64,000 nucleotides of DNA from Bugula neritina (lineage: Eukaryota > Animalia > Bryozoa). Location of the stretch: positions 24,799,504 to 24,863,503 of the forward strand of contig OZ037765.1 of assembly GCA_964035545.1 (NCBI GenBank). Reading direction: 5' to 3'. The notes under the pieces were generated by a model, which saw nothing but the letters and a program-made list of their open reading frames with translations, ran no database searches and had not been told where the DNA came from. Below, piece by piece: positions 22,471-35,000 of this stretch (the first letter of the stretch is position 1; every line of letters begins with the position of its first letter). The position numbers and the translations under genes are program-made.

Positions 22471-25400
22471 ATGGATGATATTGACAAGCACACACTTACA
22501 AACCAGTCAGGTAAGTGAATGTGCGCAGTGCGCCATCTTTTCCTGATGGTGTTCCACATTCAGCTCTCCTGCAATTCAGTTCAGTGTATCAGGTTTTACT
22601 CTTATCTACTGTAAATTATGCAGAGTCATCGTTAATATTCATAATTATTGTGCTAACTAGCTAGCTCTTCCTCTTCATTGCAACTGCTGGTCATATTTTC
22701 TGTAATTAATTTATAATTTAATTAATTCTCTGTAGTCAAAAGGAAAGGGCCGCCAATATGCTACAAACCAAAGCAACCTATCATGGAACCAATTCCCAGC
22801 GATGGAACAATGAAGTTCACAGTTATGAGACAAGTTAAAGAGTCTTTTGAGCAACTGAACATACTGCGACTTCAAGACCAACTGTGTGACGTAACTTTAA
22901 TAACATGTGGCGTACGATTTCCCTGCCATAGGGTCGTCTTGGCCTCGGCTAGTCCATATTTCAATGCCATGTTCTGCACTGGAATGGTTGAATGTACAAA
23001 AAAAGAGGTAGAAATAAAGCAGATATCGCCAGAAATATTGCGCATCATTTTAGATTTTATATACACAGCAGAAATCAATGTGACAGAGTTGACTATATGC
23101 AATCTAATGGAAGCTGCCATGATCTTGCAAATGCTGAACATTACAGAGGCCTGCACCACGTTTCTAGAACACCAGCTGGACCCTTCTAATTGCATTGGAA
23201 TTCGCACATTTGCTCAAGCATACAACTGTATTGATTTAGAAAAACGAGCTAAGAGATTTTTGTTGAAACGCTTTAGTGATGTTAGACTGGGTACAGAATT
23301 TCTGAATATAAGTTTCAAGGAGCTGAAGAGTATCATAAGTTCTGAAGAAATGACTGTTAAATGTGAGTCGGAGGTTTATACTGCCGTGCTGAACTGGGTG
23401 GCCCACGACGTCGACAGCAGAGGCTGCCTGCTGCTGCAGCTGCTTGATCATATCAGACTGGGCAGCATTCCTCCAGAGTTTATCAAAAGTCAATTACAGA
23501 GTTGTAAAATTTTACGTAAAGTCCCTGACAAATGCGTGGAGAAATTAAATCGTTTATTTGAAGAGTTAAAAATGCATAAAAGCACAGCCGTTGAACCGCC
23601 GAGAGTGCCCTGTGAGAAGCAGGTAATATATTGTATCGGCGGCTACCTGAATGTTTCGGTAAAGAATGTGGAGTTCTACAACCCTCAGGATAGTCAGTGG
23701 AAGAGGGTATCCGACATGCCACATGCCCGCTCCGGCCTGGCAGCGTGTACTATCCAAGGTCTGGTTTACGCTGTCGGTGGTAGGAACAATAGTGTAGACA
23801 ACTTGAATGAAGACCAGCGGGTTGTGGACTGCTACAATCCCAAGAGCAATGAGTGGTTACACGTACCCCCTATGAGCACAGCCAGAAATCGTGTGGCTGT
23901 TGCTGTTCTGGACAACAAGATGTATGCTGCCGGAGGTTCTTCGGCAGCAGAAGCTCTCAGGACCGTAGAGTGGTAAGTTTTCATTTTATATCTTGTGGAC
24001 AGGGAACTGCTTCTATCCCTACCTTTACACACTTTGCTTTGTTGAGCATTATTAGAACTTCTTGTTATGCAACATGATGATTATATCTCTTCATATATAG
24101 ATTTCTAAAACTGACATGATCTTCATATTACCTTTTCATTTGGGATTCTTTACTGATTGAAATGTATATACATGACATAAACATTTTTTGTGTTTACATT
24201 GTGTACAAAATGCATACAGTTGTGTTTTGCCTGTCATGAATGTATTTCCCTGCATTACTTAGCAGCCATTAACATAATGACATATTGTGTTCTCTGTGTA
24301 TTGCTTTCTATAGTATAACATCTGGTAAATTAATATTGCTTTCAAATTAGTATCTTAAAACAGCAGATAAATGATATTAGATGCTTTCATCTATTGTCAT
24401 TTGTATCAGCTTTAGTGCTTTTTTAACTACAGTTTCAGACTTTTTAGTGTTAGGTTGGGCAAGGATAGGAGATTTCTACTAGTAATTTATCCTACATTGA
24501 ATATATGTATTAGTAAACACAATTTGTTACTTTTAGTCAAGTTGACCCCCTTTTGTCCCATTTCTCAGTATAACTAAACACTAAAAAGCTATAAATTTCC
24601 AATAACTTTCAATGAATAATAGACAATTCTGGTTTTTCTGAGATGAAAAATTGGTTTAAGGTATTTTTTTGGTGACTGCACTGTGACCTGCACTGCAGGA
24701 TACAATAGTAATGCAAGCTAATAAAGTTGATGAAGAAACATGAAACGTCATAAAGTGCACTTGCAAAATTATCTTGGTCATGATAAGATGTTATTCCGTG
24801 TCATTAGGAGTAACAATTGTAGCTGGTCTTTCCTACCACTAGGGAATATTTTGTATCATATAAAGGCAATTCATTAGATTTAGACAAGCATTTTTTGTCA
24901 TTGTCATAGCATGCTATGACTTGCATTTTTAGCAGTGACTTTTCCAGTAATAAGTTACCAGCTAAAGCACCTGTCAGCGAATTTATAAATGCCAGTGCAT
25001 TACATTAATGAGGCTTAAAGTGAAGCCAAAGTTTCCAGCTAGTGTCCATATTTTCCTTCAGTTCTGTCCTTACATCTGGTATGTCACCACCAGCTGCTAT
25101 GCATGGCTGTTACATGCCACGTGATATGTCTTCTATCATGCAGTGTATAAGGCATGCCTTGTGCTGTATGTAGTACTCTACTATATTGTAGCTACGACCC
25201 ATCCCAAAGGCAGTGGACTGTAGTAGCCAATATGTCTCATAAAAGGATAGCTGCTGGCCTCACTGTTGTCAATCGGTTCTTGTATGCTGTGGGTGGGTTT
25301 GATGGAGTGACTAGACTCAACACCATGGAGAAATACTATCCGGAAGAAAATCGGTGGATCAGTTGTCCTCCCATGTCTACCTCCAGATCTGGTGCTGGTA

Positions 25401-26325
25401 TGAGCATATTCCATCATACCTCAATGTTTTGTAGTAAACTTTCCCTTATCTGGCATTCTGTGATTGCTGTGTTGTTTTGATGGAAAAGCAAATTAATTGT
25501 AGTTATATAATGTAACATATTTTATAATACAGTTCTATCTGTTTTACCTTACATATAAGAAATCTAAATCTTCCAACTTTAAGCACACAAATTCACAAAT
25601 ACCAGTATTTCAGAAAGTCACTTTGAAAAGAAAAGTGACTCAACTTATGAAAAGCCAACGGTATTTCATTAGGTATGCTTAACTTGTAGGCGTGTGCAGC
25701 CTCAACTTCTACATCTACGTAGCTGGTGGTTATGACTCATCTACCCAGCTTAGCTCAGTTGAAAGGTAAGGCATGTTCCATGACTGCTCTGATAGTTATA
25801 TAGGAATCATTACACCAGGCATTATGTATGTTTGTTTCCTCATTTATCTAAGCCCTAAGGATATTGAATAATTATATACAGTGTAGAACTATTAGGGCTG
25901 AACTGTACACTGGTGGATGATATCAGTGTCCAATGAGCTGCTTTATTTATTGTGATAAGATTTTCTAGATTATTAATAAACAAGTCATTTAAACAACTTG
26001 TTTATTATCTATTAGGTTTCAGGTGTTGCATCATAGTTGCCAGTTGTTGATAGGCTGAATGTTTCTTTAGATTTGACACCCGTACTGAGAGGTGGGAGTT
26101 TGTTGCCCCCATGAGATATCAAAGGAGTGCTCTAAGTTTAGTGGCAGCTAATGGTAAACTATATGCCCTCGGTAAGTCATTATATGCATCACCTGCCTTG
26201 AAAGTAGCACCTGACTCTCTCCATATATCATATCTTGTTTAAGTTCTGTAAACGTTCTTTTGATCTTGTCAATATACGAGTATCTTGTCAATATATTTTG
26301 TTGATAATATATATTGATCTTTTTA

Positions 26326-26424
<99 letters not shown>

Positions 26425-26862
26425 AATAGCTGACTCATACAACCAGGAAGTACTCGTACTGATTACTTTTTCTTTTTATCTGCTCTGTCAACACATCATG
26501 TATTTGAATTGTAAAAGCACACATTTTGCTAGCAAGGTTGAATGTACTCATAATTGAGGGAATATATATTATGCCATCATCATCATTTATTATCTGAGTT
26601 GAGGTCATTCTATGCTATTTCAGTTACTGGTGTTGATTTGTGCACTTATAAAAGCTAAATAACTGCAGCAAACTAAAGCATTGATGTCATCAGATTATAA
26701 AATACTAAATGTGATGCTGTAGGTGGCTATGGAGGAAGTAGATTCATAGAGGTCATTGAGTCATACTGTCCAGAAACCAACCAGTGGACTGACGTGTCGC
26801 ACATGCAGTCTGGACGGAGCGGCCAAGGTGTCACTTTAGGCCCCCTTCCTGACTTCAACTAA
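22471..26862 (+). CDS. KEAP1: Kelch-like ECH-associated protein 1 (BTB-BACK-6 Kelch)
   Basis: Exons 22471-22510, 22736-23972, 25192-25397, 25690-25765, 26071-26171, 26723-26862. QLCDVTL..CHRVVLASASPYF, QLDPSNCIGI, VKCESEV, and Keap1-specific Kelch loops RSGLA, VGGRNNS, RNRV, GFDGVTRLN, RSGAG, RSAL. Confidence 0.93.
26326..26421. repeat. (TA)n microsatellite in a Keap1 intron
   Basis: Directly visible. Confidence 0.97.
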
Positions 26863-27351
26863 TACCTTCAGAACTGCTAAATGTGCTAAGAAGTTTTGTG
26901 TAGAGCTCTATTGACCCACTGTGCTAACTTTTTATCTTTTAATGTTTATCCAAGTTCCAAGAACTACTCAGATAAGAGAATTTGTGCAGATTGAGGTGAA
27001 ACCTGTGTTCATAGTTTATAATACTCCTAATTTTTTAATGTGGTTAGTGTTGGGCCTTCTGTACAGCTGTATATAGCAATATGGTTATTTTTGTATTTTT
27101 CAGTGTTCAACATTTCCTTTGTAAAACTAAAATTTGTATATCTTTTGTAAAGTTTTTGCACCATTCTGACTTTCTAAAATTAAGGTGAGGTGTTGCCATT
27201 GTGTTTTTATTATATTTAAGCTAAAAATAATCATTTTATTTTTTAATACACAATTTATATATAAATTATAACAATACCTCATATAGTGATAATTAGCTAT
27301 TTGGTGAAAATATATAGCCGATTTCATAAACTAGTTATAGGCACACAGTTT

Positions 27352-30300
27352 TTAGGGGACATATTCTTGATAATCTTCCTCCAGAACTAATGAATCATTG
27401 AAATCAACGTCTGGCATTTTCTCTTTTTTCTTTAGCAACTTTCTAATTCCTTTCAAAAATGACTTCTTCTGCTCTTTCTTTTTCTCAAATGTTGAACTAC
27501 ATTTAGGAGTGCTAGTATTCAGCACATCAGCCTGCTCTGTGCACACATTCTCATCTGCAGTGGAGTTATCTTCCAAACCTATTGCTTTATCCCAAGAGCT
27601 TTCTTCTTGGTTCTCCATTTTATTATCATAGCTTTCTTCATCATTATACTCCTCATCTCTTATTGGTGGTACAAATGTGTCATCAATTTTTACTTCATCA
27701 TATATATTGTCTTCTCTTGCTCTTTTTTTCTTGACCAGTGTTGTTATCTTTTGCTTTACTGTCTTTTTCTCCAAAGGCATAGTTTCTATCATTGGATCTG
27801 GAGCAGAAAAAAGATTCTCAACAAAAGCAAAGTCTTTCATCTTTTTCTTTTGAGAATTTTTTTCTATTGTTCTACCAAGTGTAAATATATGACTGACAAA
27901 CTCATCATCATTCTCAAAATATTTGGAGTAATCTTCTTCTTTATGTTTATTGAACGCTCGATTTTCATCTAATTTTTCTGTTATTGTTTGAGTTTCGATG
28001 ATTCGTTCAACAATATCATCTTCGTGGTTATCAGCCGGAACTATTTCATGGGTTTCATGAGTTTCCACTATTCTCTTTAATCTTTTCCCAGAACTATCTA
28101 AACTAAGCTGGTCTAAGTCAACGCATGCTGAACTCTGCTCATAGTCAATCATTTCATCGCATGAGCTGTCTGAATGAATTGAAGAATTTTCAGTTTGTTC
28201 TACTTCTTGTCCTTCAAAATACGGCGAGTTGGTGTTTTCTAAAGAAGAGTACAGGTCCTGGTCACATGTTCCTAGCAAAGAATTTGTTTGATTAACAGCT
28301 GGCCGTCTAAAGGGACTGTACTCAATTTTCACATCATCATCTCCATCACTAGGCACAGCTGTCTCGAAATTGTTAAACTTGTTTTCTGTTAAATTTTGCT
28401 GACAAATGCTGCTTTGACACGGTTGTTGTTTTTTTGTAAAAGAAGTTGATTCTTCCCAAATCTTAGGCGGGACGCAAGGTCTTTCTCCCTCATCGCTTGC
28501 GGCACTATCCTGTCTAGGAATAAGTTTCCTCGTTTTGGTATGTCTGTGTTCAATGTCTTCGTCTTCATCGCTGCTGCTAGGGAAATTCCACCGGCTCTTT
28601 CTTGGTATCTCAGCATAAGTTATATCTGTTGGGTTCAACTTTGATTTAACTTTGCTAAGTGTAAACTTGTACCTGGGGGTGGACTGACCTGAAACGCATT
28701 TAATATCATATTATGCTATATAATATCTCATGCCATACATCAATATCCTATACCATTTATAGTGTCTATAAGACTCTAAAGATGGTGATGAAATATGCAA
28801 TTCTTTATTGCCGTTTAATGTAGGGAATTACTGTGATAACTCTCTTTATACTACTTATCACTATTTAATGTGCGGCATGCCTTATGCAAGACAAAGATCA
28901 ATGAAACTTGTACATATCGAACCTTCCTTGGGCTCCATTTTCCTGTCGGGACTAAAGTCTATCTCATCATAAAAGTCAGTATCTGAAGCAGATGTTATTG
29001 AGGGTGTTCTTTGAGCAGCTGCTGCATCAATCTGTAAGTTATGTACTTCACTTGTCTGCAGAGAGCTTTTCTTCTGTAAACCTGTTGCGGACAAAGTACA
29101 TCGTACACAAAATATAACCAAAGATAATCCTAGATATTTAGCACTCACAATAATGCATAATAGGCCTGCATTATTTGGCTTAGCTTAAATCTAGTTTATT
29201 ACTTGATATATAATCAAAATTTTATTGTAGATAAAAATATACTGCATATGTACAACTGCAGTTTATAAGATTATATTAATTATATTCAGAGTTATGAATG
29301 TATTGTGGGCAATAAGAATGATAGAATTTGCACTCAAAATGAGCAAGAAACAAAATAAATGTTTATAGTTGCCAAATGGCAAATTGAAAAAACCATTCAG
29401 CAATCCATTTTTGGTAATAGTATAATGCCATAATATTTTATACACTGTTGAGTAGTACCCACAGTATAAAATGCATATGATCTTTACAATCTATTAACTA
29501 TATCATATTATTGTTGTCAGCATGTTGCAGCATCATTGCAAAAAAAGATACAAAATTCTTAATCTCCATGTTTACACTGTAAAGATAGCTCACTTTAACG
29601 CATTAAAATAAATTATATTTAGATTATTCAAAACTAAAACAATTAAATTTGTTGTAATAATTTTTAAAATACATGTTAAAATATGCATAATGGGGAAAGC
29701 TACTACTTATAGCTGTTGTGTTGATTCATCTCTAACATTTCTGCTTAAAAGAACTTAAACCTATATCCGTCATAACAACAGGCAACAATTATTTGCTTAT
29801 AGATCAGTTGTGAGTCATCATATCCTTTGTCATAAGAACACAACTCCTAGTATTTGATAAGTTGAATCATCAAAGGACACAGCAGGTTTTAGATTGTAAC
29901 ATCTCAATAAACATGTTATCAAAAAATAAAAGTCAGCAAAACCTGAAGGAAACTGATGAAATTACTCTCACACAAGCTATTTTTGAGGTTACAACAATCA
30001 TCAGCTGCTGGGTGACAAGTAATTCTATATGAGAAGCGCATTCTTGTAAAAAAAGGGCATTTTTTTACTTATACGGCCTAGAAATTCAAAAGTATTGCTT
30101 CAGAGCTTGTATTTAGAATGCCACTTGTGTCTTCGGGTGAAACACTCTGCAGCATGCAACAACTAGGTGCATTTATCTTTTTAAATTGAGGAGTTGTCTA
30201 CTCAAAAAAGACATAACTAAGGTTATTTATAATCAAATCATAAATGAAGAAATTACGAGCCTGGGCTGAAATTAGACTGCATCGATTAAATGAAAGTTTT

Positions 30301-31293
30301 TAGTTTCAGAAATTGAGAACAAAATCAAGTGCATGCTGGTTAGAATAATGTGCTAGATTTTTTAAAAGAATGACTTCAAGTCACTTATAAACTAATAATG
30401 TTTTCAAGGAATATGGATATGTGGAGATGTTGAGCTTTTCTGTTGTGTACCTGTGTGCTAATATGGTGCAAAGCATACCTGGATGAGATGTTAAGTTTCT
30501 AGGAATTGTTGATACTGGTGGTGGTAATGGTGGCTCTGCAGATTTAATGGACAGGGATGGAGACTTGGCTGTTGAATAAGGATTTTCATCTTCTTCACTG
30601 TCGCTAGGAAAACTGAACTTTTGAAACGGCCGATTAGAGTTTAAGATATGTGGCAGATCTGAAGTTGTCTTTTCAAATGGCCAGTTTTGTTGCCTCTTAA
30701 GAAAATCATCATCTGGATCTACATCTGGTATAATCCAAGGTGATGTTTTGACTGGTGCTTTGTTTGATATGCTAACCACTGAATCGCGAAGCTCATGTTC
30801 TCCACTGTATGTAAGCAAGTTATTGTTAATTGAACATTTTGGGTAGCTTTTATTTTCTTCGATTACACCGTCATTACATTCATGAACTTTGTCAATGGTT
30901 GTTGGGCTCACTGGACTTTCTTTCTGCTTTAACTCACCGATTATAGAAACTTCTGTTTTGTAATCAAGACCCTCTTTTTTAATTGATCCATCATCAGCAT
31001 CTATTACTATTTCTTCTAAAATAAAAACTTAAATGTTTAACATGAAGATAGCAGCTTGAAAAGTCAAACGCATGTGTGTTTTGTTAGCTCCCTCAGAAGG
31101 GCTCAACAGAACACTTTTGGTGACCTTAGAATTGAGAGCAATTAAAATGAACTTGGTCATCTGGTTTATTCATTCACTTACCATATGGGTTCTGTGCTTT
31201 TTTCTTTTGAGTATTTTTCACTGTTTGAACGCTAGTTCCTTTCTCTGTTGCTGGTCTCTTTGAATCACCCAGATCAGCGCGAAACTTAAGCAT
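27352..31293 (-). CDS. Uncharacterised ~714-aa acidic, probably disordered protein with Tyr and Pro-rich motifs
   Basis: Four phase-compatible exons 31293-31182, 31015-30479, 29081-28923, 28688-27352 (2145 nt) join the 176-, 88- and 428-aa ORFs into one frame; no recognisable folded domain. Confidence 0.75.
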
Positions 31294-32060
31294 AATGGTA
31301 GCTCAACATCAAATGCGCAATGACTCACTAAACTAGTTTGGAACGAACAGATTCACTGAAGCGTTATAGCAAGTTACCATGTGAGCAATCTCTATATCGC
31401 GTTTCTACTCGTAGTTTGCAATGGTTGTCAGAAAATGATAAATTACCCATCAATAGAAATTTTATTAGGATGACTCGTTCATGTATATTTTATCATACAC
31501 CGTGGTAACCATAGTAAACTGTGTGCGTTACACTTATAAAAAATGATTATGGACCTATTACACAAAGCGAAATGGAATGTAATTTTACACGTTATTACCT
31601 ATAGATAATAGGACGAAAAATCTGCTTTTATTGGTAAAAATATTGCAATAACAAAAATAAAATATTTAACAAACATAAGAGTATTAATGATATCACCAGT
31701 GCAGTTCAATCTTTGAGTTAATTCTAAAATTTCAAAAGCATACAACATGTACATATTAAAATACTTGATACTTGAGCACAACCATTTTTAATTATAATAT
31801 AAAAATTCGAAACAACCCATTCTGCATTCCATTATCTATAAAAACTTTTTTTAGTATTTGGCAATATAGTCATTGGCTTTGGGCAATTACTTGGCAGCCT
31901 TCAACTTAGTTAGGCAGCTATATTATATGCAACATCCACTACAGCATTGTATGATGATGAAACAATATTTGGTCTTTTCAACAATAAATAAATAAATAAT
32001 GCACAATAATAGAGAGCTATAACACCAGTCACTAAATAAAAAAATAAATTTGCATTTTTG

Positions 32061-35000
32061 TTATACCACAGCGGGCAAATCGTTATCTTGATTTGGAGAA
32101 GAATCTGTTGAAGGTTTATCACTACGGTCTGCCACTGTGTCGTATTGTGGTGGCATCATACCATTCTCAGCATCATGTAACGATTCTTTATTAGTTTCAT
32201 TAGCATCAGGTACCGGTTTCTCCTACAATACATATACTGCAAGTTTCCATTCCAAGACATAAAAACAAAACTGATCAGAGTATTAATAGTCTATAAATAC
32301 TTTATTATAAAAAAGTATACCAAAAATATATCAATATAAATTGAATAAAAAATGTTAGTGACACAAAGCATACATTAATCATCAGCAAATTATATTTAAG
32401 CATTATAAAAATATCTATAACTTGAGTAATGTTGATACGATGACACCATAAAGCTGATTGCTACATGAATGACGCCTTTTTTCTTATAGATAGGATTATA
32501 TCTTGCTACCGTAACAGATTTAATATAAATGAATGAAGCTTAAAACAGAATGCCTTGTTGTTGATGTGCAAATGGCCGAGTAAAGGCTCAAAAGTGTGTC
32601 ACATGAGTGAGCATAGCGTTGGTGGGTGACTCATGCATAGTTTTGTTGATACAAATTATAAGTAGAAACATATGAAAAATGTTCAGTAGTAATGATGATA
32701 TTGTCTTTGAGGCATAGAATAATATAAATAGGGAGCTGTGTTATGCTGCATATAAGCTTCAGCAGTTGCCTGCTTCAAACTGTCTACTCTAAGCATATCA
32801 TACTCTGAGGTGTATGGATTCCACACAAGTTTATGACGCGGTAATGAACGAGAAGGAAGAATAGTACAAGCAGAGTTATGGGGGTTTACAAAATACTGAT
32901 CTTTTACCATAACATCGTCAGGTTGAAATGTATCATTGTCAGCTGCTAGGTTTGAGATTTTAGTAATAGAAGAAGTCCTTCGAGTGTTGAGTGTTGAGAG
33001 ATACGGGGCTGGTCCAATGAGACTGAGTAGTACTGGTAGAAGCACCATCCCATTCCACATGCCCAGTAGAACTACTAGCAGGTTTACCTACAGATGTCAT
33101 CAAAGTACTGTCTAAATGTTATATTTAAATACAGCTAATGGCTCTAAAATAAATAAATGAATAATATGCACATCATTGATAACTTTATGCTATTCATCAT
33201 GCCAGATCAAATGGGTGTATAAATTACTAACCTTGAAGAAGACATCAAACACGTATGAATCAGATGAAGCTAATAGCATGAAGGCTAGCAGAGTACTGAA
33301 TCCACCATTAAACACAGCTGGTCCAATGTCAGCCAGAGTTTTCATAGCACGCTCTAATAATAGAAGAGTAACTTAAGAACACATGGGATCCCTCAGTTGA
33401 AGTAGCAGAGAGGTGAATAATTACAACATTATACTTGAAAACTTGGAGAACTACCCACTTGGCCATTCCAACAACAACTCTTGTCATCACCATAATTATT
33501 ACAAGATACATTTTATTTGTCAACAAAAATAAGAAAGTTAAAAACCTGAGAGTAAATAATACCTCTACTACTAATGCTAAAACCAGTACATGGCAGTGAA
33601 AATCTTGCAAGGGAAATATTCTGCCTAATTTGGGTATCAGTATTTAAAATTATACATGACCAATATCCAACTAAAAGGGTTCTGCTTATTGATTATTAGA
33701 CTAGTTTAATAATATAATATATTATGTTTATAAAAAACTATGATTTTGAAATACAGTATCTAGGTAAGTAGCTAAATATATGAAACAAATAAACCCAATA
33801 TAATTGGCCACAGTTAGAGCTGAGCTGATACTAGAAATACCTGAATTAAACAGTTGGTATATCAGCATTTAGGTACTTTCAGTAGGTACTATATTTAGTA
33901 CCTTTTACTTGTTATAGCTTGAGACTCATCAAGGTTTTTACTTAGCACAAGAGAGAGATTTGCCTACTTAGAGGTTATGTGATATAGTGTTAAAAACTAC
34001 TAACTATAAGAGACATCATTGTCTAAGTAAAAGTACCAAAACTAAATGCTAATAAAAGCAATAATGAAGATGCTGAAGAAACACCAAACTATTTACACAG
34101 AAGCTAAACCATATTATATCAACCAAGCACTAGTCACAGCACATTATCTAATAATTATCATAATATATGATATGATAAAATATATGTGTAATATACAATT
34201 TAGGAGCATACAATAAAAAATATATATTTTACCATTTCTAGTGCCAGTGACAGTCATAAAGGTGTGTCCAATGTGTGCTGAGTAGTCTACAGCGAGACCA
34301 ATGGCTAATACTAGCTGTATGCAGGTTACAGTGTCGATAGAGAGATTCCAGAAATACATTAAACCAGCAACTTCAACCTACAAGGCAGATAAATGTTATT
34401 GCACCATATCACATTGCACTGACTGCACCTATCAGTACATGCTTACAACTTTATAGTCCAGTCAGATAGACATTGTTTTACATAGAATAACCTAGTCCGG
34501 TGATAATACAATAACCAGCCATTTTATAACCCACCATTCTACAAGGAGCATATTTGACATAAATAGTTGTCTATCTGAATAAGGCGTTACAATTTAGTGT
34601 TGGGTGAATTAGAAAACAAATGAAATAATTGATATTGCATAAACCAACAAAATTGAAATTAATTGCATGTTTTTCTCAATTTAACTTTTGTTTCCAATTA
34701 AGACATCACCACTGATTGGTCACCAATCACTGAAATATATTGATAACCACCCACTCAATTATAGCTAATAATATGAACAGTTGGCATTATCTCAAGTATA
34801 AAAGGACTATAATATATAATAGCACTACTATTAGAGGTGCTTACTATACATACAGCCTGATGTGTGGTAGCAGTGATATATTACTATCAGTTTATTTATA
34901 ATCAATAATCCTTTACATTTTATTATAAGAAAGAACAATCTTATAATTGCTGTGTAACATTACATATTCATACGTATAGGAAATATTAGCAAGAATTTTA

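Noticed and set aside
31370-31520. RFX X-box-like motifs (GTTACCATG, GTAACCATAGTAAAC) upstream of the orphan gene
   Set aside because: Imperfect spacing and half-sites; too weak to claim ciliary regulation.
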